Of a stretch of 64,000 nt of DNA, positions 51,501 through 64,000 are shown piece after piece. The stretch comes from Balanoglossus misakiensis. Taxonomy: Eukaryota; Animalia; Hemichordata. The stretch covers positions 1,106,783-1,170,782 of the forward strand of contig CM082580.2 in the NCBI GenBank assembly GCA_040954595.2, given 5' to 3'. The translations under genes were made by a program, and so were the position numbers. The first letter of the stretch is position 1; each line of letters opens with the position of its first letter. The notes beneath the pieces are model-generated. The model had not been told where the DNA came from and did no database searches. It was given only the letters and a program-made list of their open reading frames with translations.

Positions 51501-54500
51501 ATTTGTCATTTTTTGATGATTTTCACCCATGATTCTTTTCAAAAATCGACGAAATTTGAGATTTTGCAAAGTCGAAAATTTGTCATTTTTTGATGATTTT
51601 TACCCATGATTTTTTTTTTCAAAAATCGACCAAATTTTGAGATTTTGCAAAGACGAAAATTTGTCATTTTTTGATGATTTTCACCCATGATTTTTCTCAA
51701 AAATCGACGAAATTTTGAGATTTTGCAAAGTCAAAAATTTGTCATTTTTTGATGATTTTCACCCATGATTTTTTTCAAAAATCGACGAAATTTAAGATTT
51801 TGCAAAGTCGAAAATTTGTCATTTTTTGATGATTTTCACCCATGATTTTTTTCAAAAATCGACGAAATTTTGAGATTTTGCAAAGTCGAAAATTTGTCAT
51901 TTTTTGATAATTTTTTCCTATGATTTTTCTCAAAAATCGACGAAATTTTGAGATTTTGCAAAGTCAAAAATTTGTCATTTTTTGATGATTTTCACCCATG
52001 ATTTTTTTCAAAAATCGACGAAATTTTGAGATTTTGCAAAGTCGAAAATTTGTCATTTTTTGATGATTTTCACCCATGATTTTTTTCAAAAATCGACAAA
52101 ATTTTTAGATTTTGCAAAGTCGAAAATTTGTAATTTTTTGATGATTTTTACCCATGATTTTTTTTTTCAAAAATCGACGATTTTTTGAGATTTTGCAAAG
52201 ACGAAACTTTTTAATTTTTTGATGATTTTCACCCATGACTTTTTTTCAAAAATTTACGAAATTTTGAGATTTTGCAAAGTCGAAAATTTGTCATTTTTTG
52301 ATGATTTTCACCCATGTTTTTTTTTTCAAAAATCGACGAAATTTTGAGATTTTGCAAATTCGAAAATTTGTCATTTTTTGATGATTTTCACCCATGTTTT
52401 TTTTCAAAAATCAACGAACCCATGATTTTTTTTCAAAAATCGACAAAATTTTGAGATTTTGCAAAGTCGAAAATTTGTCATTTTTTGATGATTTTCACCC
52501 ATGATTTTTTTCAAAAATCGACGAAATTTTGAGATTTTGCAAAGTCGAAAATTTGTCATTTTTTGATTATTTTCACCCATGATTTTTTTCAAAAATCGAC
52601 AAAATTTTTAGATTTTGCAAAGTCGACAATTTGTCATTTTTTGATGATTTTCACCATGATTTTTTTTTAAAAAATGACGAAATTTTGAGATTTTGCAAAG
52701 ACGAAAATTTGTAATTTTTTGATGATTTTCACCCATGATTTTTTTTCAAAAATGTACGAAATTTTGAGATTTTGCAAAGTCGAAAATTTGTCATTTTTTG
52801 ATGATTTTCACCCATGATTTTTTTCAAAAATCGACGAAATTTGAGATTTTGCAAAGTCGAAAATTTGTCATTTTTTGATGATTTTCACCCATGTTTTTTT
52901 TCAAAAATCTACGAAATTTTGAGATTTTGCAAAGTCGAAAATTTGTCATTTTTTGATGATTTTCACCCATGATTTTTTTCAAAAATCGACAAAATTTTTA
53001 GATTTTGCAAAGTCGAAAATTTGTAATTTTTTGATGATTTTTACCCATGATTTTTTTTTTCAAAAATCGACGAAATTTTGAGATTTTGCAAATTCGAAAA
53101 TTTGTAATTTTTTGATGATTTTCACCCTTTTTTTTTCAAAAATCAACGAACCCATGATTTTTTTTCAAAAATCTACGAAATTTTGAGATTTTGCAAAGTC
53201 GAAAATTTGTCATTTTTTGATGATTTTCACCCATGATTTTTTTCAAAAATCGACAAAATTTTTAGATTTTGCAAAGTCGAAAATTTGTAATTTTTTGATG
53301 ATTTTTACCCATGATTTTTTTTTTCAAAAATCGACGAAATTTTGAGATTTTGCAAAGACGAAAATTTGTAATTTTTTGATGATTTTCACCCATATTTTTT
53401 TTCAAAATTGAACGAACCCATGATTTTTTTCAAAAATCGACGAAATTTTGAGATTTTGCAAATTCGAAAATTTGTCATTTTTTGATGATTTTCACCCATG
53501 TTTTTTTTCAAAAATCGACGAAATTTTGAGATTTTGCAAAGTCGAAAATGTGTCATTTTTTGATGATTTTCACCCATGATTTTTTTCAAAAATCGACAAA
53601 ATTTTGAGATTTTGCAAATTCGAAAATTTGTAATTTTTTGATGATTTTCACCCATGTTTTTTTTCAAAAATCAACGAACCCATGATTTTTTTTCAAAAAT
53701 CGACAAAATTTTGAGATTTTGCAAAGTCGAAAATTTGTCATTTTTTGATGATTTTCACCCATGATTTTTCTCAAAAATCGACGAAATTTTGCAAAGTCGA
53801 AAATTTGTAATTTTTTGATGATTTTCACCCATGTTTTTTTTCAAAATTGAACGAACCCATGATTTTTTTCAAAAATCGACGAAATTTTGAGATTTTGCAA
53901 AGTCGAAAATTTGTCATTTTTTGATGATTTTCACCCATGTTTTTTTTTCAAAAATCGACGAAATTTTGAGATTTTGCAAAGTCGAAAATTTGTCATTTAT
54001 TAATGATTTTCACCCATGATTTTTTTTCAAAAATCGACAAATTTTTGAGATTTTGCAAAGTCGAAAATTTGTAATTTTTTGATGATTTTCACCCATGTTT
54101 TTTTTCAAAATTGAACGAACCCATGATTTTTTTCAAAAATCGACGAAATTTTGAGATTTTGCAAAGTCGAAAATTTGTAATTTTTTGATGATTTTCACCC
54201 ATGTTTTTTTTCAAAAATCAACGAACCCATGATTTTTTTTCAAAAATCGACAAAATTTTGAGATTTTGCAAAGTCGAAAATTTGTAATTTTTTGATGATT
54301 TTCACCCTTTTTTTTCAAAAATCAACGAACCCATGATTTTTTTTCAAAAATCTACGAAATTTTGAGATTTTGCAAAGTCGAAAATTTGTCATTTTTTGAT
54401 GATTTTCACCCATGATTTTTTTCAAAAATCGACAAAATTTTTAGATTTTGCAAAGTCGAAAATTTGTAATTTTTTGATGATTTTTACCCATGATTTTTTT

Positions 54501-57500
54501 TTTCAAAAATCGACGAAATTTTGAGATTTTGCAAAGACGAAAATTTGTAATTTTTTGATGATTTTCACCCATATTTTTTTTCAAAATTGAACGAACCCAT
54601 GATTTTTTTCAAAAATCGACGAAATTTTGAGATTTTGCAAAGTCGAAAATTTGTCATTTTTTGATGATTTTCACCCATGATTTTTTTCAAAAATCGACGA
54701 AATTTTGAGATTTTGCAAAGTCGAAAATGTGTCATTTTTTGATGATTTTCACCCATGATTTTTTTCAAAAATCGACAAAATTTTGAGATTTTGCAAATTC
54801 GAAAATTTGTAATTTTTTGATGATTTTCACCCATGTTTTTTTTCAAAAATCAACGAACCCATGATTTTTTTTCAAAAATCGACAAAATTTTGAGATTTTG
54901 CAAAGTCGAAAATTTGTCATTTTTTGATGATTTTCACCCATGATTTTTCTCAAAAATCGACGAAATTTTGCAAAGTCGAAAATTTGTTCTTTTTTGATGA
55001 TTTTCACCCATGATTTTTTTTCAAAAATCGACGAAATTTTGAGATTTTGCAAAGTCGAAAATTTGTCATTTATTAATGATTTTCACCCATGATTTTTTTT
55101 CAAAAATCGACAAAATTTTGAGATTTTGCAAAGTCGAAAATTTGTAATTTTTTGATGATTTTCACCCATGTTTTTTTTCAAAATTGAACGAACCCATGAT
55201 TTTTTTCAAAAATCGACGAAATTTTGAGATTTTGCAAAGTCGAAAATTTGTCATTTTTTGATGATTTTCACCCATGATTTTTTTCAAAAATCGACAAAAT
55301 TTTGAGATTTTGCAAAGTCGAAAATTTGTAATTTTTTGATGATTTTTACCCATGATTTTTTTTTTCAAAAATCGACGAAATTTTGAGATTTTGCAAATTC
55401 GAAAATTTGTAATTTTTTGATGATTTTCACCCTTTTTTTTCAAAAATCAACGAACCCATGATTTTTTTTCAAAAATCTACGAAATTTTGAGATTTTGCAA
55501 AGTCGAAAATTTGTCATTTTTTGATGATTTTCACCCATGATTTTTTTCAAAAATCGACAAAATTTTTAGATTTTGCAAAGTCGAAAATTTGTAATTTTTT
55601 GATGATTTTTACCCATGATTTTTTTTTTCAAAAATCGACGAAATTTTGAGATTTTGCAAAGACGAAAATTTGTAATTTTTTGATGATTTTCACCCATATT
55701 TTTTTTCAAAATTGAACGAACCCATGATTTTTTTCAAAAATCGACGAAATTTTGAGATTTTGCAAAGTCGAAAATTTGTCATTTTTTGATGATTTTCACC
55801 CATGATTTTTTTCAAAAATCGACGAAATTTTGAGATTTTGCAAAGTCGAAAATGTGTCATTTTTTGATGATTTTCACCCATGATTTTTTTCAAAAATCGA
55901 CAAAATTTTGAGATTTTGCAAATTCGAAAATTTGTAATTTTTTGATGATTTTCACCCATGTTTTTTTTCAAAAATCAACGAACCCATGATTTTTTTTCAA
56001 AAATCGACAAAATTTTGAGATTTTGCAAAGTCGAAAATTTGTCATTTTTTGATGATTTTCACCCATGATTTTTCTCAAAAATCGACGAAATTTTGAGATT
56101 TTGCAAAGTCGAAAATTTGTAATTTTTTGATGATTTTCACCCATGATTTTTTTCAAAAATCGACGAAATTTTGAGATTTTGCAAAGTCGAAAATGTGTCA
56201 TTTTTTGATGATTTTCACCCATGATTTTTTTCAAAAATTGACAAAATTTTGAGATTTTGCAAATTCGAAAATTTGTAATTTTTTGATGATTTTCACCCAT
56301 GTTTTTTTTCAAAAATCAACGAACCCATGATTTTTTTTCAAAAATCGACAAAATTTTGAGATTTTGCAAAGTCGAAAATTTGTCATTTTTTGATGATTTT
56401 CACCCATGATTTTTCTCAAAAATCGACGAAATTTTGCAAAGTCGAAAATTTGTAATTTTTTGATGATTTTCACCCATGATTTTTTTTCAAAAATCGACGA
56501 AATTTTGAGATTTTGCAAAGTCGAAAATTTGTCATTTATTAATGATTTTCACCCATGATTTTTTTTCAAAAATCGACAAAATTTTGAGATTTTGCAAAGT
56601 CGAAAATTTGTAATTTTTTGATGATTTTCACCAATGTTTTTTTTCAAAATTGAACGAACCCATGATTTTTTTCAAAAATCGACGAAATTTTGAGATTTTG
56701 CAAAGTCGAAAATTTGTCATTTTTTGATGATTTTCACCCATGATTTTTTTCAAAAATCGACAAAATTTTGAGATTTTGCAAAGTCGAAAATTTGTAATTT
56801 TTTGATGATTTTTACCCATGATTTTTTTTTTCAAAAATCGACGAAATTTTGAGATTTTGCAAAGTCGAAAATTTGTCATTTTTTGATGATTTTCACCCAT
56901 GATTTTTTTCAAAAATCGACGAAATTTTGAGATTTTGCAAAGTCGAAAATGTGTCATTTTTTGATGATTTTCACCCATGATTTTTTTCAAAAATCGACAA
57001 AATTTTGAGATTTTGCAAATTCGAAAATTTGTAATTTTTTGATGATTTTCACCCATGTTTTTTTTCAAAAATCAACGAACCCATGATTTTTTTTCAAAAA
57101 TCGACAAAATTTTGAGATTTTGCAAAGTCGAAAATTTGTCATTTTTTGATGATTTTCACCCATGATTTTTCTCAAAAATCGACGAAATTTTGAGATTTTG
57201 CAAAGTCGAAAATTTGTAATTTTTTGATGATTTTCACCCATGATTTTTTTTCAAAAATCGACGAAATTTTGAGATTTTGCAAAGTCGAAAATTTGTCATT
57301 TATTAATGATTTTCACCCATGATTTTTTTTCAAAAATCGACAAAATTTTGAGATTTTGCAAAGTCGAAAATTTGTAATTTTTTGATGATTTTCACCCATG
57401 TTTTTTTTCAAAATTGAACGAACCCATGATTTTTTTCAAAAATCGACGAAATTTTGAGATTTTGCAAAGTCGAAAATTTGTCATTTTTGATGATTTTTTC

Positions 57501-60500
57501 CCATGATTTTGTTTTTCAAAAATCGACCAAATTTTGAGATTTTGCAAAGACAAAAAATTGTCATTTTTTGATGATTTTCACCCATGATTTTTTTCAAAAA
57601 TCGACGAAATTTTGAGATTTTGCAAAGACGAAAATTTGTCGTTTTTTGATGATTTTCACCCATGATTTTTCTCAAAAATCGACGAAATTTTGAGATTTTG
57701 CAAAGTCGAAAATTTGTCATTTTTTGATGATTTTCACCCATGATTCTTTTCAAAAATCGACGAAATTTGAGATTTTGCAAAGTCGAAAATTTGTCATTTT
57801 TTGATGATTTTTACCCATGATTTTTTTTTTCAAAAATCGACCAAATTTTGAGATTTTGCAAAGACGAAAATTTGTCATTTTTTGATGATTTTCACCCATG
57901 ATTTTTCTCAAAAATCGACGAAATTTTGAGATTTTGCAAAGTCAAAAATTTGTCATTTTTTGATGATTTTCACCCATGATTTTTTTCAAAAATCGACGAA
58001 ATTTAAGATTTTGCAAAGTCGAAAATTTGTCATTTTTTGATGATTTTCACCCATGATTTTTTTCAAAAATCGACGAAATTTTGAGATTTTGCAAAGTCGA
58101 AAATTTGTCATTTTTTGATAATTTTTTCCTATGATTTTTCTCAAAAATCGACGAAATTTTGAGATTTTGCAAAGTCAAAAATTTGTCATTTTTTGATGAT
58201 TTTCACCCATGATTTTTTTCAAAAATCGACGAAATTTAAGATTTTGCAAAGTCGAAAATTTGTCATTTTTTGATGATTTTCACCCATGATTTTTTTCAAA
58301 AATCGACGAAATTTTGAGATTTTGCAAAGTCGAAAATTTGTCATTTTTTGATGATTTTCACCCATGATTTTTTTTCAAAAATCGACAAAATTTTTAGATT
58401 TTGCAAAGTCGAAAATTTGTAATTTTTTGATGATTTTCACCCATGTTTTTTTTCAAAAATTGACTAAATTTTGAGATTTTGCAAAGTCGAAAATTTGTCA
58501 TTTTTTGATGATTTTCACCCATGTTTTTTTTTTTCAAAAATCGACGAAATTTTGAGATTTTGCAAAGACGAAACTTTTTAATTTTTTGATGATTTTCACC
58601 CATGACTTTTTTTCAAAAATTTACGAAATTTTGAGATTTTGCAAAGTCGAAAATTTGTCATTTTTTGATGATTTTCACCCATGTTTTTTTTTTTCAAAAA
58701 TCGACGAAATTTTGAGATTTTGCAAATTCGAAAATTTGTCATTTTTTGATGATTTTCACCCATGTTTTTTTTCAAAAATCAACGAACCCATGATTTTTTT
58801 TCAAAAATCGACAAAATTTTGAGATTTTGCAAAGTCGAAAATTTGTCATTCTTTGATGATTTTCACCCATGATTTTTTTCAAAAATCGACGAAATTTTGA
58901 GATTTTGCAAAGTCGAAAATTTGTCATTTTTTGATTATTTTCACCCATGATTTTTTTCAAAAATCGACAAAATTTTTAGATTTTGCAAAGTCGACAATTT
59001 GTCATTTTTTGATGATTTTCACCATGATTTTTTTTTAAAAAATGACGAAATTTTGAGATTTTGCAAAGTCGAAAATTTGTAATTTTTTGATGATTTTCAC
59101 CCATGTTTTTTTTCAAAATTGAACGAACCCATGATTTTTTTCAAAAATCGACGAAATTTTGAGATTTTGCAAAGTCGAAAATTTGTCATTTTTTGATGAT
59201 TTTCACCCATGATTTTTTTCAAAAATCGACAAAATTTTGAGATTTTGCAAAGTCGAAAATTTGTAATTTTTTGATGATTTTTACCCATGATTTTTTTTTT
59301 CAAAAATCGACGAAATTTTGAGATTTTGCAAATTCGAAAATTTGTAATTTTTTGATGATTTTCACCCTTTTTTTTTCAAAAATCAACGAACCCATGATTT
59401 TTTTTCAAAAATCTACGAAATTTTGAGATTTTGCAAAGTCGAAAATTTGTCATTTTTTGATGATTTTCACCCATGATTTTTTTCAAAAATCGACAAAATT
59501 TTTAGATTTTGCAAAGTCGAAAATTTGTAATTTTTTGATGATTTTTACCCATGATTTTTTTTTCAAAAATCGACGAAATTTTGAGATTTTGCAAAGACGA
59601 AAATTTGTAATTTTTTGATGATTTTCACCCATATTTTTTTTCAAAATTGAACGAACCCATGATTTTTTTCAAAAATCGACGAAATTTTGAGATTTTGCAA
59701 AGTCGAAAATTTGTCATTTTTTGATGATTTTCACCCATGATTTTTTTCAAAAATCGACGAAATTTTGAGATTTTGCAAAGTCGAAAATGTGTCATTTTTT
59801 GATGATTTTCACCCATGATTTTTTTCAAAAATCGACAAAATTTTGAGATTTTGCAAATTCGAAAATTTGTAATTTTTTGATGATTTTCACCCATGTTTTT
59901 TTTCAAAAATCAACGAACCCATGATTTTTTTTCAAAAATCGACAAAATTTTGAGATTTTGCAAAGTCGAAAATTTGTCATTTTTTGATGATTTTCACCCA
60001 TGATTTTTCTCAAAAATCGACGAAATTTTGAGATTTTGCAAAGTCGAAAATTTGTAATTTTTTGATGATTTTCACCCATGATTTTTTTTCAAAAATCGAC
60101 GAAATTTTGAGATTTTGCAAAGTCGAAAATTTGTCATTTATTAATGATTTTCACCCATGATTTTTTTTCAAAAATCGACAAAATTTTGAGATTTTGCAAA
60201 GTCGAAAATTTGTAATTTTTTGATGATTTTCACCCATGTTTTTTTTCAAAATTGAACGAACCCATGATTTTTTTCAAAAATCGACAAAATTTTGAGATTT
60301 TGCAAAGTCGAAAATTTGTCATTTTTTGATGATTTTCACCCATGATTTTTCTCAAAAATCGACGAAATTTTGAGATTTTGCAAAGTCGAAAATTTGTAAT
60401 TTTTTGATGATTTTCACCCATGATTTTTTTTCAAAAATCGACGAAATTTTGAGATTTTGCAAAGTCGAAAATTTGTCATTTATTAATGATTTTCACCCAT

Positions 60501-63500
60501 GATTTTTTTTCAAAAATCGACAAAATTTTGAGATTTTGCAAAGTCGAAAATTTGCAATTTTTTGATGATTTTCACCCATGTTTTTTTTCAAAATTGAACG
60601 AACCCATGATTTTTTTCAAAAATCGACGAAATTTTGAGATTTTGCAAATTCGAAAATTTGTCATTTTTTGATGATTTTCACCCATGTTTTTTTTTCCAAA
60701 ATCGACGAAATTTTGAGATTTTGCAAAGTCGAAAATTTGTCATTTTTTGATGATTTTTTCCCATGATTTTGTTTTTCAAAAATCGACCAAATTTTGAGAT
60801 TTTGCAAAGACAAAAAATTGTCATTTTTTGATGATTTTCACCCATGATTTTTTTCAAAAATCGACGAAATTTTGAGATTTTGCAAAGACGAAAATTTGTC
60901 GTTTTTTGATGATTTTCACCCATGATTTTTCTCAAAAATCGACGAAATTTTGAGATTTTGCAAAGTCAAAAATTTGTCATTATTTGATGATTTTCACCCA
61001 TGATTTTTTTCAAAAATCGACGAAATTTAAGATTTTGCAAAGTCGAAAATTTGTCATTTTTTGATGATTTTCACCCATGATTTTTTTCAAAAATCGACGA
61101 AATTTTGAGATTTTGCAAAGTCGAAAATTTGTCATTTTTTGATGATTTTCACCCATGATTTTTTTCAAAAATCGACAAAATTTTGAGATTTTGCAAAGTC
61201 GAAAATTTGTAATTTTTTGATGATTTTTACCCATGATTTTTTTTTCAAAAATCGACGAAATTTTGAGATTTTGCAAAGACGAAACTTTTTAATTTTTTGA
61301 TGATTTTCACCCATGACTTTTTTTCAAAAATTTACGAAATTTTGAGATTTTGCAAAGTCGAAAATTTGTCATTTTTTGATGATTTTCACCCATGATTTTT
61401 TTCAAAAATCGACGAAATTTTGAGATTTTGCAAAGTCGAAAATTTGTCATTTTTTGATGATTTTCACCCATGATTTTTTTCAAAAATCGACAAAATTTTT
61501 AGATTTTGCAAAGTCGAAAATTTGTAATTTTTTGATGATTTTTACCCATGATTTTTTTTTTCAAAAATCGACGATTTTTTGAGATTTTGCAAAGACGAAA
61601 CTTTTTAATTTTTTGATGATTTTCACCCATGACTTTTTTTCAAAAATTTACGAAATTTTGAGATTTTGCAAAGTCGAAAATTTGTCATTTTTTGATGATT
61701 TTCACCCATGTTTTTTTTTTCAAAAATCGACGAAATTTTGAGATTTTGCAAATTCGAAAATTTGTAATTTTTTGATGATTTTCACCCATGTTTTTTTTCA
61801 AAAATCAACGAACCCATGATTTTTTTTCAAAAATCGACAAAATTTTGAGATTTTGCAAAGTCGAAAATTTGTCATTTTTTGATGAATTTCACCCATGATT
61901 TTTTTCAAAAATCGACGAAATTTTGAGATTTTGCAAAGTCGAAAATTTGTCATTTTTTGATTATTTTCACCCATGATTTTTTTCAAAAATCGACAAAATT
62001 TTTAGATTTCGCAAAGTCGACAATTTGTCATTTTTTTGATGATTTTCACCATGATTTTTTTTTAAAAAATGACGAAATTTTGAGATTTTGCAAAGACGAA
62101 AATTTGTCATTTTTTGATGATTTTCACCCATGATTTTTTTTCAAAAATGTACGAAATTTTGAGATTTTGCAAAGTCGAAAATTTGTAATTTTTTGATGAT
62201 TTTCACCAATGTTTTTTTTTAAAAATCAACGAACCAATGATTTTTTTCAAAAATTGACACCAATGTTTTTTTTTAAAAATCAACGAACTCATGATTTTTT
62301 TAAAAAATTGACATTTTGAGATTTTGCAAAGTCGAAAATTTGTCATTTTTTGATGATTTTCACCATGATTGTTTTTTTCAAAAATCGACAAAATTTTTAG
62401 ATTTTGCAAAGTCGAAAATTTGTAATTTTTTGATGATTTTTACCCATGATTTTTTTTTCCAAAAATCGACGAAATTTTGAGATTTTGCAAAGACGAAAAT
62501 TTGTAATTTTTTGATGATTTTCACCCATGACTTTTTTTCAAAAATTTACGAAATTTTGAGATTTTGCAAAGTCGAAAATTTGTCATTTTTTGATGATTTT
62601 TTCCCATGATTTTGTTTTTCAAAAATCGACCAAATTTTGGGATTTTGCAAAGACGAAAATTTGTCATTTTTTGATGATTTTCACCCATGATTTTTTTCAA
62701 AAATCGACGAACCCATGATTTTTTTTTCCAAAATCTACGAAATTTTGAGATTTTGCAAAGTCGAAAATTTGTAATTTTTTGATGATTTTCACCCATGTTT
62801 TGTTTTCCAAAATCGACGAAATTTTGAGATTTTGCAAATTCGAAAATTTGTAATTTTTTGATGATTTTCACCCATGTTTTTTTTCAAAAATCAACGAACC
62901 CATGATTTTTTTTCAAAAATCGACAAAATTTTGAGATTTTGCAAAGTCGAAAATTTGTCATTTTTTGATGATTTTCACCCATGATTTTTCTCAAAAATCG
63001 ACGAAATTTTGAGATTTTGCAAAGTCGAAAATTTGTAATTTTTTGATGATTTTCACCCATGATTTTTTTTCAAAAATCGACGAAATTTTGAGATTTTGCA
63101 AAGTCGAAAATTTGTCATTTATTAATGATTTTCACCCATGATTTTTTTTCAAAAATCGACAAAATTTTGAGATTTTGCAAAGTCGAAAATTTATAATTTT
63201 TTGATGATTTTCACCCATGTTTTTTTTCAAAATTGAACGAACCCATGATTTTTTTCAAAAATCGACGAAATTTTGAGATTTTGCAAAGTCGAAAATTTGT
63301 CATTTTTTGATGATTTTCACCCATGATTTTTTTCAAAAATCGACAAAATTTTTAGATTTTGCAAAGTCGAAAATTTGTAATTTTTTGATGATTTTTACCC
63401 ATGATTTTTTTTTTCAAAAATCGACGAAATTTTGAGATTTTGCAAAGACGAAAATTTGTAATTTTTTGATGATTTTCACCCAAGACTTTTTTTCAAAAAT

Positions 63501-64000
63501 TTACGAAATTTTGAGATTTTGCAAAGTCGAAAATTTGTCATTTTTTGATGATTTTCACCCATGTTTTTTTTTCAAAAATCGACGAAATTTTGAGATTTTG
63601 CAAATTCGAAAATTTGTAATTTTTTGATGATTTTCACCCATGTTTTTTTTTCAAAAATCAACGAACCCATGATTTTTTTTCAAAAATCTACGAAATTTTG
63701 AGATTTTGCAAAGTCGAAAATTTGTCATTTTTTGATGATTTTCACCCATGATTTTTTTCAAAAATCGACAAAATTTTTAGATTTTGCAAAGTCGAAAATT
63801 TGTATTTTTTTGATGATTTTTACCCATGATTTTTTTTTTCAAAAATCGACGAAATTTTGAGATTTTGCAAAGACGAAAATTTGTAATTTTTTGATGATTT
63901 TCACCCATGTTTTTTTTTCAAAAATCAACGAACCCATGATTTTTTTTCAAAAATCGACAATATTCTGAGATTTTGCAAAGTTGAACATTTGTCATTTGTT
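39567..64000. repeat. Satellite B: tandem array of 78 bp AT-rich monomers with interspersed ~28-29 bp partial units, about 290 copies, running to the window end
   Basis: Consensus ATTTTGAGATTTTGCAAAGTCGAAAATTTGTCATTTTTTGATGATTTTCACCCATGATTTTTTTCAAAAATCGACGAA. TGAGATTTTG occurs at 39571 and 39649 (78 bp apart). Length varies mainly in the T run after CCCATG. Confidence 0.98.
40664..42054. repeat. One ~1390 bp higher-order unit of satellite B (16 monomers plus 5 short units)
   Basis: Counted by eye between equivalent markers at 40664 and 42055. The same 1390 bp step separates near-identical artefact ORFs at 45815 and 47205. Confidence 0.8.

Noticed and set aside
39478-62871. Minus-strand 26 aa repeat ORFs (KKIMGENHQKMTNFRLCKISKFRRFL) resembling a basic repeat protein
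   Set aside because: 78 bp is divisible by 3 and one frame lacks stops by chance. T-run length changes frameshift it every few units (longest 146 aa), so there is no frame conservation.
5060-64000. CRISPR-like array or variable-cassette system
   Set aside because: There are no unique spacers; entire monomers are repeated. No cas, reverse transcriptase or recombinase gene is present, and the context is eukaryotic.

Overview
Eukaryotic, non-coding window, probably from an invertebrate animal (inferred from composition and repeat style; not provable here). About 5 kb of AT-rich flank holds a compound microsatellite, transposon-like inverted-repeat fragments and a few motif matches. A 34.5 kb tandem array of a ~131 bp monomer follows (satellite A, 5060-39568, ~43% GC, about 260 copies). 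It is fused with no spacer to at least 24.4 kb of a 78 bp T-tract-rich monomer (satellite B, 39567-64000, ~27% GC, about 290 copies). Both arrays show nested higher-order repeats whose periods change along the array. I found no credible protein-coding gene, RNA gene or CRISPR array; the ORFs from 5 kb onward are translation by-products of the repeats. The most notable signals are structural: the seamless, in-register A/B junction at a shared ATCGACG motif, the sharp left edge of A next to a hairpin, layered HOR evolution, and a sub-unit of B starting to amplify on its own. The overall picture resembles a centromeric/pericentromeric or other heterochromatic edge, but that is inference.
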